From an uncultured Phycisphaeraceae bacterium (GTDB lineage: Bacteria > Planctomycetota > Phycisphaerae > Phycisphaerales > UBA1924), in assembly GCA_964441555.1 (NCBI GenBank), contig CAYTYD010000001.1, positions 1 to 62,127 on the forward strand: 62,127 nucleotides of DNA, in the 5' to 3' direction. The notes beneath the pieces are model-generated. The model was not told the origin of the DNA. It saw only the letters and a list, made by a program, of their open reading frames with translations, and ran no database searches. Shown one piece after another: positions 42,672 to 52,649 of this stretch (positions within the stretch are counted from its first letter, which is position 1; the number at the start of each line of letters is the position of its first letter). Made by a program: the position numbers and the translations under genes.

Positions 42672-44807
42672 ATGTCCACCGGACCAGTTACCTCCAGCGG
42701 TGATGCTTCCGCCCCCGTCTATTCACCGCCGCCCTCCGTCAACGCCAAGCAATTGCTTGGCCACCCGATGGGCCTCTTCCTGCTGTTCCTCGTCGAGATG
42801 TGGGAACGCTTCTCCTACTACGGCATGCGCGGCTTGCTCGTCCTTTATCTCATCTGCGTCGCGGGCGTCCATCAGTTGAAGCCGGGAAACTATGTCAACC
42901 AGGTCACCGTCTCTGAGGTCGTTGCCGGTTCTTCCGGATCGTCTGAATCGATAGCTGGCTCGCAAACCTTGAACTACCAAGCAGTCGTTGGTGGTGCGTC
43001 CGCGGCTGATACTGCGCTGGTTCCAGCCAGTGGCAAGCCCACTTTCATCCTGCAGCGCTTGAAGAAGGTGCCTAATAAGGATGACCCGAACGCCTTTGAC
43101 TGGGAACCGGATGCTGCAACATCAGCTACCAGCAACGTGACCATGGTGGTGTCGGGCAACAAAGCGGAGAACGTCACCAACAGCGAAACCGCTTTTCGCA
43201 TCAGCAACCCGACCGACAAACCCATTAACATTCGTGTCGGCGTCAAAGCACCGGAAAAGGATGGCCGCCGCTACCTCGTTCTCAATGGTTCACCCAGCGA
43301 ATTGTCCGTTGAACTCAAGCCAGACGCACAGCTGAAACCCGACGAAAAACCCTTTGAAGTCGTCGTTTCCAGTCCTCATGACAGCGGCCGCGCCTGGACA
43401 AAGAAGGAAGCAAACACGCTGTACGGCTGGTACGTGGGGCTCGCCTACCTCTTCCCCATCTTCGGCGGCATCATCGCCGACAAACTCATCGGTACCCACC
43501 GATCCATGCTCGTCGGCGGCCTCCTCATCTCACTGGGACACATCGTCCTAGGCATCAGTGGCATGGGCGATCTATCGCAGAATGCAAGTGGCCTCGCGAT
43601 CTTCATGGGCGGCCTGGCCCTCATCGTCTGCGGCACTGGCCACTTCAAGCCCACCGTCTCCGTCATGGTCGGCCAGTTGTACGGCACCGGTGACGCTCGC
43701 CGCGACGGTGCCTTCACCATCTTCTATATGGGCATCAACCTGGGTGCCTTCCTCTGCGCATTCGTCTGCGGCACGTTGGGAGAGAAGGTCGGCTGGCACT
43801 GGGGCTTCGGCGCAGCTGCTGTCGGCATGATTCTCGGCCTCGTTCTGTACACCCTCGTGAAGCCAATTCTCCTCAAAGGCATCGGCGAAGCCCCGGCCCA
43901 CGTCAAGAGCCCATTCGGCGCCACAGTCCTTTTCTTCATCGGTTCGATTGTGCTCTCCGCGATTTTCGCACTCGCATATCAGGCGGGCGTGATCACCCAA
44001 ATCGGCGGCTTGATGACGAAGATAGGAGACGATGGCACCCTCCGCATCGCCGTCCCCGCCACGCTCATCGTCGGTATCCTCGCTTGGGTCGGCTGGTTCC
44101 TCGCTCAGAATCGCCCCGAAGATCGCGGTCCCGTTCTCAGCATCTTCATCTTCATGGCATTCAACACCTTCTTCTGGTGCGCCTTTGAACAAGCCGGATC
44201 GTCAATCAACATCTTCACCGATCAAAACACAGATCGTCACATCGCAGGAGCGAATTCCTTTGAAGTGCCCACAACCTGGTTCCAATCCGTCAACGCTGGG
44301 CTGATCTTCATCCTCGCACCCATTTTCGCCATCATCTGGACCAAATTGGGCAAGAAGAACCTCAACCCCAGCCAGCCAGTCAAGATCGCGCTGGGCCTCA
44401 TCTTCCTTGGCCTCGGCTACATCTTCATGGTTATGGCGGGCATGACGGCAAATGGCGGCGCCAAGGCCGGCATGCTCTTGATTTTCCTCACCTACTTCTG
44501 GCACACCGTCGGCGAACTCTGCCTCTCTCCCACCGGACTCTCCTACGTCACCAAGACTGCGCCCATCCGATTCATGTCACTGCTCATGGGCATCTGGTTT
44601 GTCTCGTCCTTCGTCGCCGGTCTGGGTGGCGGCCTCATCGCCGCTCAAGTCGAAGCCATCGAAAAGGGCCAAATCAAACTTCCCTGGAGCTTCGGTGGCC
44701 AGGCCGACTTCTTCTTCCTCTTCGTCGTCACCTCCATCGGCGCCGGAGTGGTAGTGCTGCTTCTCACACCGGTGCTCAAGAAGCTGATGCGCAACCCCAA
44801 CGACTGA
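42672..44807 (+). CDS. Proton-dependent oligopeptide transporter (POT/PTR2, DtpT-like) with a large TM1-TM2 insertion
   Basis: PTR2 signature FLVEMWERFSYYGMRGLLVLYL and FGGIIADKLIGTHR, 14-TM-like body. ATG 42672 is in frame with ORF 41937..44807, whose N-terminal 245 aa overlap the beta-helix gene and were discounted. Confidence 0.85.
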   Translation: MSTGPVTSSGDASAPVYSPPPSVNAKQLLGHPMGLFLLFLVEMWERFSYYGMRGLLVLYLICVAGVHQLKPGNYVNQVTVSEVVAGSSGSSESIAGSQTLNYQAVVGGASAADTALVPASGKPTFILQRLKKVPNKDDPNAFDWEPDAATSATSNVTMVVSGNKAENVTNSETAFRISNPTDKPINIRVGVKAPEKDGRRYLVLNGSPSELSVELKPDAQLKPDEKPFEVVVSSPHDSGRAWTKKEANTLYGWYVGLAYLFPIFGGIIADKLIGTHRSMLVGGLLISLGHIVLGISGMGDLSQNASGLAIFMGGLALIVCGTGHFKPTVSVMVGQLYGTGDARRDGAFTIFYMGINLGAFLCAFVCGTLGEKVGWHWGFGAAAVGMILGLVLYTLVKPILLKGIGEAPAHVKSPFGATVLFFIGSIVLSAIFALAYQAGVITQIGGLMTKIGDDGTLRIAVPATLIVGILAWVGWFLAQNRPEDRGPVLSIFIFMAFNTFFWCAFEQAGSSINIFTDQNTDRHIAGANSFEVPTTWFQSVNAGLIFILAPIFAIIWTKLGKKNLNPSQPVKIALGLIFLGLGYIFMVMAGMTANGGAKAGMLLIFLTYFWHTVGELCLSPTGLSYVTKTAPIRFMSLLMGIWFVSSFVAGLGGGLIAAQVEAIEKGQIKLPWSFGGQADFFFLFVVTSIGAGVVVLLLTPVLKKLMRNPND

Positions 44808-44813
44808 TCGCCC

Positions 44814-46019
44814 GTGTCCGTCTCCTCCACACTCGCACCCTTCGGCACCAGCATCTTCGCAGAGATGACTGGTCTTGCCATGCGCCATCAAGCCATCAAT
44901 CTCTCGCAGGGGTTTCCCGATTTCGACGGCCCAGACTTTCTCAAAGAGTCCGCCATCGCCGCCATCCGCGCCGGTCACAATCAATACGCCCGCTCTTTCG
45001 GCGTCCCCGCCCTCAATGCCGCCATCGCCCGTGATTTCACCTCGACCGGTGGCTACCTCATCCCCGAGCCCGACACCCACATCACCATCACCAGCGGCTG
45101 CACCGAAGCCCTCCCCGCCACCATCCTCGGCCTCATCAATCCCGGCGATGAAGTCATCCTCATCGAACCCTTCTACGACTCCTACCCCGCCTGCATCGCC
45201 CTCGCCCGCGCCACGCCGCGCGTGTTAACACTGCGGCCTGATGACGCTGGGAGTTTCGCCCTCGACACCACAGAACTCGAAGCCGCTTTCACACCCCGCA
45301 CCCGCGCCATCCTCCTCAACACGCCGCACAACCCCACCGGCAAAGTTTTCTCGCGCGCTGAACTCTCTCACATCGCCGCACTCTGCATCAAGCACAACGT
45401 CCTCTGCATCGTCGATGAGGTCTACGAAAAGCTCGTCTACAACCCCGCCCTCCCACACCTTCACATCGCCTCATTCCCAGGCATGGCCGAGCGCACCGTC
45501 ACCCTCTCTTCCCTGGGCAAATCCTTCAGCGTCACCGGATGGAAAATCGGCTGGGCCATCGCCCCGCCGCACCTCACCGCCGGTGTCCGCGCTGCTCACC
45601 AATTCCTCACCTTCGCCACCAGCACACCCATGCAGCACGCCGCGGCACACGCCCTCACCTCCCCCGATGGCGCTGCATACCTCTCATCCCTCATCTCCCA
45701 ATACGCCGCCTCGCGCGATCAACTCTCTGCCGCACTCACCGCCGCCGGGTTCATCCCCCATCGCACCGATGGCACCTACTTCATCATGGCCGATGCCTCG
45801 CGCGTCATCGCACGCCTCGCCGCCCGCCCCGGCCACACCCACATTCAGGATGACATCACCCTCTGCCGCTGGATGACCGAACACCTCAAGGTCGCCGCTA
45901 TCCCGCCCACCGCCTTCTACATCAACAAAGAACACGGCAAACACTTCGTTCGCTTTGCCTTCTGCAAAAAGCCCGAAACCCTCGCCGCCGCGGCAGAGCG
46001 GTTGAAGGGGCTTGTGTGA
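44814..46019 (+). CDS. Class I/II PLP-dependent aminotransferase (YbdL/kynurenine-aminotransferase-like)
   Basis: INLSQGFPDFDGP, NPGDEVILIEPFYDSY, NTPHNPTGKVF, and SLGKSFSVTGWKIGWAI (PLP Lys). GTG start. Confidence 0.9.
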   Translation: MSVSSTLAPFGTSIFAEMTGLAMRHQAINLSQGFPDFDGPDFLKESAIAAIRAGHNQYARSFGVPALNAAIARDFTSTGGYLIPEPDTHITITSGCTEALPATILGLINPGDEVILIEPFYDSYPACIALARATPRVLTLRPDDAGSFALDTTELEAAFTPRTRAILLNTPHNPTGKVFSRAELSHIAALCIKHNVLCIVDEVYEKLVYNPALPHLHIASFPGMAERTVTLSSLGKSFSVTGWKIGWAIAPPHLTAGVRAAHQFLTFATSTPMQHAAAHALTSPDGAAYLSSLISQYAASRDQLSAALTAAGFIPHRTDGTYFIMADASRVIARLAARPGHTHIQDDITLCRWMTEHLKVAAIPPTAFYINKEHGKHFVRFAFCKKPETLAAAAERLKGLV

Positions 46020-46213
46020 AACAAATTCCGGGGCTGGTTTCCTGTATCTCTCGCCCGCGGGGCGAATGAGAATTGCCAGAGGTGAAGCGAGCCGCGACGC
46101 GGCGAGCAAACCCCTGGACAGTGCCCCATCTCACCCTCCGCCCTTTGGGCAGATGGAACTCTGCACCTCTCTTGCCCAATACCCGGTAGGATCATGTCTC
46201 CGGAGGTTGTCTC

Positions 46214-47788
46214 ATGGCTCACCAATCCCCTTTCACACGCTTCCCCGCTCTCATGATCTTGGTGGCCGGGCTCGCGGCACCCAGCATCGCCTTCACCGAT
46301 GACCCCGCACCCGCGGATAAGAAACCCGCCCCCAAAGCCCCCATCACCAACGTCGAGCTCGAGCGCATATTTTCTCTCAAGGAAGTCGCCGACCCCATTC
46401 TCACCATCGACCCCGCTTCCGACGAATACTCGGATCTTCTCCCCATTCTCAGCAAGATTGGCACCGCCCGCGTCGTTCTCCTCGGTGAGCCCTCGCACGG
46501 CGATGGGGCCACCTTCCTCGCCAAGTCCCGCCTCATCAAATTCCTCCATCAACGTGGCGGGTTTGATGTCGTCGCCTTTGAAAGTGGTCTCTACGACTGC
46601 AAGCGTGTCAACGATGGCTTCCGCGAAGAGTCCACCTGGTCCGATGCCACAAAACGAGGTGTCTTCGGCATCTGGTCGCAATCCGAACAGTGCCGCCAGC
46701 TCTTCGAATACATCATGGACACCCACTCCGGCGCATTCGCCAAAGAACATCCGGGCCTGCAACCCCTCACCCTCGCCGGCTTCGATAGCCAGTTCACCGC
46801 CGTCATCCGCAACTCTCCCTTCTTCGAAGACCTCGAAGAGTTCTTCATCCGCGCTGGCGGCGTCATCACCGCCGATCAGGCCGATCGCCTGACACAGCTC
46901 AAAGTCTGGCACATCGAAAGCAACTTCAAACCCCTTGAATACGACGAAGAACAACTCTCCGAGGAAGACCGCGAAGTCCTCGCCCGCGCCCGCGCTGCAA
47001 ATCGTGAACAGACCAAGGAGCTCCTGGAAAATATCGCTGACGTCGTCGCCGCGATGGATATCGATCTCAAGCAACCCAAGAGCAAGCTCCTCACCGCCCA
47101 TTCGCCGCAACAGGTCGCCTTCACCCGTCAGTGCCTCCTCTCACTCGCCGCGTACACCCGCCAGGTCGATCGCGCTGGCACCAAGAGTGACACCGAAAAA
47201 CCCGAGGAGAACAACCTTCGCGACAAGGCCATGGCCGACAACCTCCTCTTCCTCGCCAACACCATGTACCCCGGCAGAAAGATCATCGTCTGGGCCGCCA
47301 GCTTCCACAACGCTTGGGCCATCGAAGGTATTCAGTGGCAGGATGTCCCCAACGCCTACGCCAGCACCAAAACCATGGGTGGTTATGTCAAAGAGGCCCT
47401 CGGCACCGATGTTTACTCCATCATGTTCACCGCGGCACAAGGTGAAACCGGCCGCCCCTGGACCGGCCCCTCCCCTCTCGAAGCCGCCCCCAAGGGTTCG
47501 CTCGAATACCTCTGCAAAAAGGCCAATTTCCAGCACTGCTTCATCGACCTTCGCTCCATCAACCCTGATGAACACGCCAGCGCCCAGTGGCTCACCCAGC
47601 CCCTCGTCGCTCGCCCCCTTGGCTATTCACCCATGACCGCCGTGTGGACCGAGCACACAGATGCCTTCTTCTTCTCCCAGACCATGACGCCCAGCACCAA
47701 GGCCGCCATCGCTGAAGATGCTCCCAAGAAACCCAAGCAATCACAGGATGGCGACACCCCCGAAGAGAAGAAAAAGCCAAAGTTCTAA
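46214..47788 (+). CDS. Erythromycin-esterase-family (EreA/ChaN-like) protein, secreted
   Basis: Signal-like FPALMILVAGLAAPSIA, then VVLLGEPSHGDGATFLAKSRLIKFLHQRGGFDVVAFESGLYDC. K/E-rich C-terminal tail. Confidence 0.7.
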   Translation: MAHQSPFTRFPALMILVAGLAAPSIAFTDDPAPADKKPAPKAPITNVELERIFSLKEVADPILTIDPASDEYSDLLPILSKIGTARVVLLGEPSHGDGATFLAKSRLIKFLHQRGGFDVVAFESGLYDCKRVNDGFREESTWSDATKRGVFGIWSQSEQCRQLFEYIMDTHSGAFAKEHPGLQPLTLAGFDSQFTAVIRNSPFFEDLEEFFIRAGGVITADQADRLTQLKVWHIESNFKPLEYDEEQLSEEDREVLARARAANREQTKELLENIADVVAAMDIDLKQPKSKLLTAHSPQQVAFTRQCLLSLAAYTRQVDRAGTKSDTEKPEENNLRDKAMADNLLFLANTMYPGRKIIVWAASFHNAWAIEGIQWQDVPNAYASTKTMGGYVKEALGTDVYSIMFTAAQGETGRPWTGPSPLEAAPKGSLEYLCKKANFQHCFIDLRSINPDEHASAQWLTQPLVARPLGYSPMTAVWTEHTDAFFFSQTMTPSTKAAIAEDAPKKPKQSQDGDTPEEKKKPKF

Positions 47789-47821
47789 GTAGCGTCCGAC
47801 ATGGCCATGTATCCTTAATTC

Positions 47822-48406
47822 ATGGCGTTCATTTCGTCGCAAACCTTCCCTTTTCGCTCAGGGCCCGGACAGATCCTCATCCGTTCCGCCCTTCCCGCCG
47901 ATGCCGCCAGCGCACTCGCCTGCGCCCGCGAAATGTTCTCTACCTCCGACTACACCCTCACCAGTAAAGACGAATTCTCCGTCACCCTCGAACAGGAAAC
48001 CGCACTCTTCACGTCCGTCGCCGATCATCCGCGGCAGGCCTTCCTGCTGGCCATCGACGAATCCGCACACGATGAGCATGGCCCCCTCGTCATCGGCCTC
48101 ATGTCCATGTTTCAGAACACCGCCAAACGCAAACTCCGCCACACTGTCAATCTCGGCATGGGAATCCGCACCGCATATCGCGGCAGAGGCGTCGGCGATG
48201 CCCTCATGACCGCCGGCATGGCCTGGGCCCGCGCTCATCCAGATCTGCACATCGTCACGCTGGAGGTCTATGCCGCCAACACCCCAGGGCTCGCCCTCTA
48301 TCGCCGCCACGGCTTCATCACCCACGGCTCACTCCCCGGCGGATTGATCCATGACGATCGCACCGAGTGGGACCAGATCCTCATGCACTGCCGCGTTGAT
48401 CGCTGA
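47822..48406 (+). CDS. GNAT-family N-acetyltransferase
   Basis: Motif A RGRGVGDALMTAGMAWA and a LALYRRHGF C-terminal motif. Confidence 0.85.
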   Translation: MAFISSQTFPFRSGPGQILIRSALPADAASALACAREMFSTSDYTLTSKDEFSVTLEQETALFTSVADHPRQAFLLAIDESAHDEHGPLVIGLMSMFQNTAKRKLRHTVNLGMGIRTAYRGRGVGDALMTAGMAWARAHPDLHIVTLEVYAANTPGLALYRRHGFITHGSLPGGLIHDDRTEWDQILMHCRVDR

Positions 48407-48449
48407 TCATCTCACGCGTTCCGATTCCAAGAGCACATACCGTGTTGCC

Positions 48450-49274
48450 GTGCCCGAACTCCCCGAAGTCCAGACCGTTCGCGCCACACTCCTCCCCACC
48501 ATCCTCGGCGCACGCGTCGAATCCGTAGTCATCCATCGTCCCGACATCATCACAGGCAGTTCATCTCCTGCCGCGCTCCTCGTCGGTCAGATCATTTCCG
48601 ACACCGCGCGCCGCGGCAAGCAACTCGCTCTCATCGGTTCCGCCGGTTCGGTCCTCATCGTCCAACTCGGCATGACCGGGCACTTCTACGTCCCACCTTC
48701 CGATGCCGATCTCTCCCTCCCGCATGTGCACATCGTGTGGAAACTTCACACACCCAACCGCAAATCCGCGTTCCTTCTTTTCCGCGATCCCCGCCGCTTT
48801 GGCGAAATCACCACACTGACCGATTCAACCGCTCTCCACTCCCGCTGGTCCTCACTCGGCCCTGACGGGCTCGAGGTCACTGGCGACCACCTGCACAACA
48901 CCCTCCGTCATTCCACCCGCCCCATCAAGGCCGCCCTGCTCGATCAAGCCGTCGTCGCCGGTGTCGGCAATATTTACGCCGACGAAGCCCTCTTTGCCTC
49001 CCACATCCGACCCGCCCGCCGCTGCACTCGCATCAAGCCAGCGGAGTACCACGCCCTGGCACACGCCATCCGCACCATCCTGGCCCAGGCCGTCTCCCGC
49101 CATGGCTCCAGCATCCGCGACTATCGCGATGGATCTGGCCAACCCGGCTCCAACCAGAACCACCTTCTCGTCTATGGCCGCGCAGACCTTCCCTGCCTTG
49201 TTTGCACGTCGACGCTCAGGTCGGGGCTCGTCGCCCAACGCACCACCGTCTGGTGCCACTCCTGCCAAGTCTGA
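48450..49274 (+). CDS. mutM: Formamidopyrimidine-DNA glycosylase
   Basis: A GTG start gives (M)PELPEVQTVRATL with catalytic Pro2. Also GVGNIYADEALF (H2TH) and a C-terminal zinc finger CLVCTSTL...VWCHSCQ. Confidence 0.9.
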   Translation: MPELPEVQTVRATLLPTILGARVESVVIHRPDIITGSSSPAALLVGQIISDTARRGKQLALIGSAGSVLIVQLGMTGHFYVPPSDADLSLPHVHIVWKLHTPNRKSAFLLFRDPRRFGEITTLTDSTALHSRWSSLGPDGLEVTGDHLHNTLRHSTRPIKAALLDQAVVAGVGNIYADEALFASHIRPARRCTRIKPAEYHALAHAIRTILAQAVSRHGSSIRDYRDGSGQPGSNQNHLLVYGRADLPCLVCTSTLRSGLVAQRTTVWCHSCQV

Positions 49275-49697
49275 CCTAAACCTACCAACCTACAAACTCC
49301 GCAAATCCTCCGCCTATCACAAGTTATTCACAATTCAGATTGTGCTCAGGCGATTCGCGGCACGCGTCCCGTTGACTCAGTTGCGCCCGTGCCTCTCTTC
49401 CTTCCTATACAGAATAGAAAACTCGTAGTCCTAGTAGCAAGCGCTGGCGGGTTGTGGAGAAGTCCGCAACCGAGCCATAAGTTCAATCAAATCAAATACT
49501 TATGAACAGCATGCCAAGCTGCCAACTTGTCAGTTGCCTGACGACTGATGCGCTCGGACGCTGGCGCTTGGTCTTGCGCCAGAAATCGACACCCCGTCGA
49601 GGCCGAACAACTGCGTGTCGATCGCTCACACCCGGCGGGATATCCACCCCTTTTACACATTCGCTGTCAGTTAGCACGTTGCGGGTATCGATCAAAA
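49275..49697. other. Candidate oriC region downstream of dnaA
   Basis: 423-nt gene-free stretch, lower in GC. DnaA-box-like 9-mers: TTATTCACA (49324-49332, 1 mismatch), TTCTCCACA on the reverse strand (49453-49461, 1 mismatch), ATATCCACC (49640-49648) and TTTTACACA (49651-49659). AT-rich AAGTTCAATCAAATCAAATACTTATGAA at about 49479-49506. Confidence 0.4.
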
Positions 49698-51176
49698 TTA
49701 GACAGACTTGGATAGCCGCAATTTGTCCTCAATCGACTTGATCACACCCCCCAGGTCATCATCTTGCGTCAATCTGGTCTCGATCATCCGCACCGCATGC
49801 ATGACCGTCGTGTGATCGCGGCCGCCGAAGGTCAAACCCACTTCTTCCAACGAATGCCGCGTGTGCTTGCGAGCCAAAAACATACAGACTTGTCTAGGAA
49901 TGGCCACCGACCTGTGCCGTCGCTTGCTCATCAACTCAGCCGGACGAACCCGATAGAAGGCCGCGACCGCATCCAGGATCATTTGAATAGACAGGTCGGT
50001 ATGCTCATCTTGTCCGCGGTCTGCCAAGGCCTCACGCACGAGCTCAATGCTGAGGGGGCGTCCCTCAACAGCCGAGCGCATGTGCAGAGTGACAATGGTG
50101 CCTTCGAGCTCGCGGATATTGGTGTCCACCCGAGCCGCGATGAATTCGGCGACTTCTGGTGTCAGGTTGATGCCGCGGAGTTTGCCCTTGGTCTTCACGA
50201 TGGCGACGCGGCTTTCGTAATCCGGCGCATCCATCTTGGCCACCAGACCACTCTTAAAGCGGCTCACCAGCCGGTCTTCCAGATCGGGAATCTCCTCCGG
50301 CGCGGCATCCGACGACAGCACAATCTGCTTGTTCATCTGATACAGCGAGTTGAAGGTGTGGAAAAACTCCTCCTGGGTCCGCTCGCGTTTGGCCAAGAAG
50401 TGGATGTCGTCGATCACCAGCACATCCAGATCGCGGAAACGATGGCGGAAATCACCCATCTGCCCTGCCTGCACCGCATCCATGAACTGGGTGATAAACC
50501 CGTCGCACGAGGTGTAATAGATGCTGGCACTTGGCTGAGCTTCGCGGATGGTCAGACAAATCGCCTGCAAGAGATGGGTCTTGCCCAGTCCGACGCCGCC
50601 GTGAATAAACAGTGGGTTATAGGTCCTGCCAGGTTTTTGTGCCACGGCGACTGCCGCGGCGTGCGCAAGGCGGTTTGACGGCCCTTGTACAAAGTTCTCA
50701 AAGCCGTAGTCGGGATTGATGACCAAGCCGTGATCACGAATCGGGGCTGAGCGCGGACTGGGCTCGATGTAGCCAGATTGCAGACTACCACTCGCGACTC
50801 GGTTTTCAGATTCGACCGGTGCATCGCGCAGTGGAGGTTCGCCTATCCCCTGATCGGCGGTCGAAGTTGGCGCCGACCGACTGGGCTTGGTCGATTTTCG
50901 GCCCGGTGTTGGAATGGAGGGTGCCGCGTCTGATGGACCGATAAATCGCACAGGTAGCAGGCGGCCGCTGACAGCAAGGGCAGCGTCATTGAAATGCTCG
51001 GAGCAGGAGCGTTGCAGGTAATCGCGATGATTGTCAGTGCCAGATCGGAGCCAGAACGCGCCGTCGGCGACGCCCACCGGCTCAAGTTCACTGAACCAGT
51101 GTCGATACGTGGGGGCGTGATGCTCTCGCAAATGCGTGAGCATGCCATCCCAGAGTTGACGATCGGGTTGGTTCAT
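49698..51176 (-). CDS. dnaA: Chromosomal replication initiator protein DnaA
   Basis: Walker A GGVGLGKTHLLQAI, DDIHFLAKRERTQEEFFHTFN, C-terminal DNA-binding SKRRHRSVAIPRQVCMFLARKHTRHSLEEVGLTFGGRDHTTVMHA. Start placed at MNQPDRQLW (ATG 51176); the ORF is open to 51380. Confidence 0.95.
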   Translation of the reverse strand: MNQPDRQLWDGMLTHLREHHAPTYRHWFSELEPVGVADGAFWLRSGTDNHRDYLQRSCSEHFNDAALAVSGRLLPVRFIGPSDAAPSIPTPGRKSTKPSRSAPTSTADQGIGEPPLRDAPVESENRVASGSLQSGYIEPSPRSAPIRDHGLVINPDYGFENFVQGPSNRLAHAAAVAVAQKPGRTYNPLFIHGGVGLGKTHLLQAICLTIREAQPSASIYYTSCDGFITQFMDAVQAGQMGDFRHRFRDLDVLVIDDIHFLAKRERTQEEFFHTFNSLYQMNKQIVLSSDAAPEEIPDLEDRLVSRFKSGLVAKMDAPDYESRVAIVKTKGKLRGINLTPEVAEFIAARVDTNIRELEGTIVTLHMRSAVEGRPLSIELVREALADRGQDEHTDLSIQMILDAVAAFYRVRPAELMSKRRHRSVAIPRQVCMFLARKHTRHSLEEVGLTFGGRDHTTVMHAVRMIETRLTQDDDLGGVIKSIEDKLRLSKSV

Positions 51177-51398
51177 CGCGTCGGCAGGAAAAGAACACGA
51201 GAGAGAACATCCGCGATGGGAAAAGGTACCCCTACACACCGACGATTCGCCCAGGCAATGTGCTTGGACGATTCGCCGAATCCGTGCCACGCTCCGCCCA
51301 CCCGCGTCGCGTGACCTCCTGCCAGATTCGGAACGACAACGGTACTTGACACCCAGCGTTGTGTCAACAGAAAAGTGCACACATGCCGATCAACCGCA

Positions 51399-52619
51399 TC
51401 ACTTGATCGGCGTCACGCCGGGAACCGGTGCGGGGAATGTTGGCGCGTTTGGTCCACCGGTTGGTCCAGCGCCCGGCGCGCCGTTCGCAGGCGCTTCGAT
51501 GTCCTTGATCATGTCGGCGAGTTTGGGCACAAACTGATTGACCTTGTAATCCACCAGTGCGTAGGCCCACGGCGCGTGCTTGGCGTTGAAGACCTTGACC
51601 TCTTCTTCGATTTCCGCGTGGGTTTTCGGCTTGGGCTTGGTGACGTCTTTTTCCGCGGCCTCGGGCTGTGCCGCGGGATCAGGAACACCTGCGAAGTTGG
51701 TTGAGGCAGCGACCTTCATCCAGGTCTTGCTGTCCTGCTTGCCCAGCGTCACGGTGATGACCATCCCATCGAACATCTGGTAGGTGCAGGTGCCGACTGG
51801 TTCTTTGGCAAGATCAATCGTCGCGGCAGGTGCGACATCGGCCATATCGACAAATTCGACGGCATAGCTGGGCGTGGTTGCCGAAGTGGGAAACTTCAAT
51901 TCCTTGCCGGCGGGCATGGATTCCAACGCATAATCGGTCTTGCTCGAATCGGCGCGCGAGACGGTGTAGGTTTCCGCAGGAACCTCTCCAGCCGCGGCAC
52001 GCGCGATGGTCGCGCTCTTGAGGCGCGCGCGCTCGGTGGAAAAGACATCAGTCACCAGCCACTGTGCGGCGGCGACTTCTGGCTGCATCTTGAGATCAGA
52101 GAGATACGTCTGATTCTCACTGGCGCGGCGCAGAAAGACACCCTCGCCCGAGCGGCCATCCGCAGCAAACGCAAACTTGCCGACGATCACAGACAGTAAA
52201 GAAGAGTTTGCACCGTCAGACAGAGAGACGGACACGCCATTCGTGCCTGCGGATGGCGCATCCAGATCAAGCAGGGCGAACTTCTCCGGCTTGTCGGTCT
52301 TGGGTTCGATGAGCTTGGCTTCGGCGAGTGCGAGCAGCAGTTCCTTGATCTTGTCGCTCTTGGCCGGATACCCGCCGCGCGATTCGAGCTTCCACACCGT
52401 GGCATCACCGTCCTTGGCGCGCGTGAGGATCAGCGTGTCAGCGCCCTTGCGCAGCTCGATCATGGCGACATCGTTGATCCTCTCAGAGAGTGTCGGCACA
52501 AGCTTCTGTGCGCCCGACAACAAGGAAGCGGTGGGGGCGTTCTGGCGCGTGACGAGCAGTGCTCCGCCGCCGACAACGACGAGGGCACCAGCGAGAATGG
52601 CAAGAGTCTTGGCGTTCAT
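51399..52619 (-). CDS. DUF4340 domain protein (last gene of the GldG-type ABC cluster)
   Basis: N-terminal TM MNAKTLAILAGALVVVGGGALLV and the WKLESRGGYPAKSDKIKELLLAL pattern typical of DUF4340. It follows a GldG-like gene, as is usual. Confidence 0.7.
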   Translation of the reverse strand: MNAKTLAILAGALVVVGGGALLVTRQNAPTASLLSGAQKLVPTLSERINDVAMIELRKGADTLILTRAKDGDATVWKLESRGGYPAKSDKIKELLLALAEAKLIEPKTDKPEKFALLDLDAPSAGTNGVSVSLSDGANSSLLSVIVGKFAFAADGRSGEGVFLRRASENQTYLSDLKMQPEVAAAQWLVTDVFSTERARLKSATIARAAAGEVPAETYTVSRADSSKTDYALESMPAGKELKFPTSATTPSYAVEFVDMADVAPAATIDLAKEPVGTCTYQMFDGMVITVTLGKQDSKTWMKVAASTNFAGVPDPAAQPEAAEKDVTKPKPKTHAEIEEEVKVFNAKHAPWAYALVDYKVNQFVPKLADMIKDIEAPANGAPGAGPTGGPNAPTFPAPVPGVTPIK

Positions 52620-52649
52620 GTTTGTGTGCTCAGAGAGTTGGGGGCTGGC

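Noticed and set aside
49476-49510. Possible dif (XerC/D) site, given that genes converge here as at a terminus
   Set aside because: The inverted arms CATAAGT/ACTTATG are separated by 17 nt rather than the 6-8 nt central region of dif sites, and the arms do not match the XerC/XerD consensus. The adjacent dnaA and DnaA-box-like motifs favour the origin interpretation.
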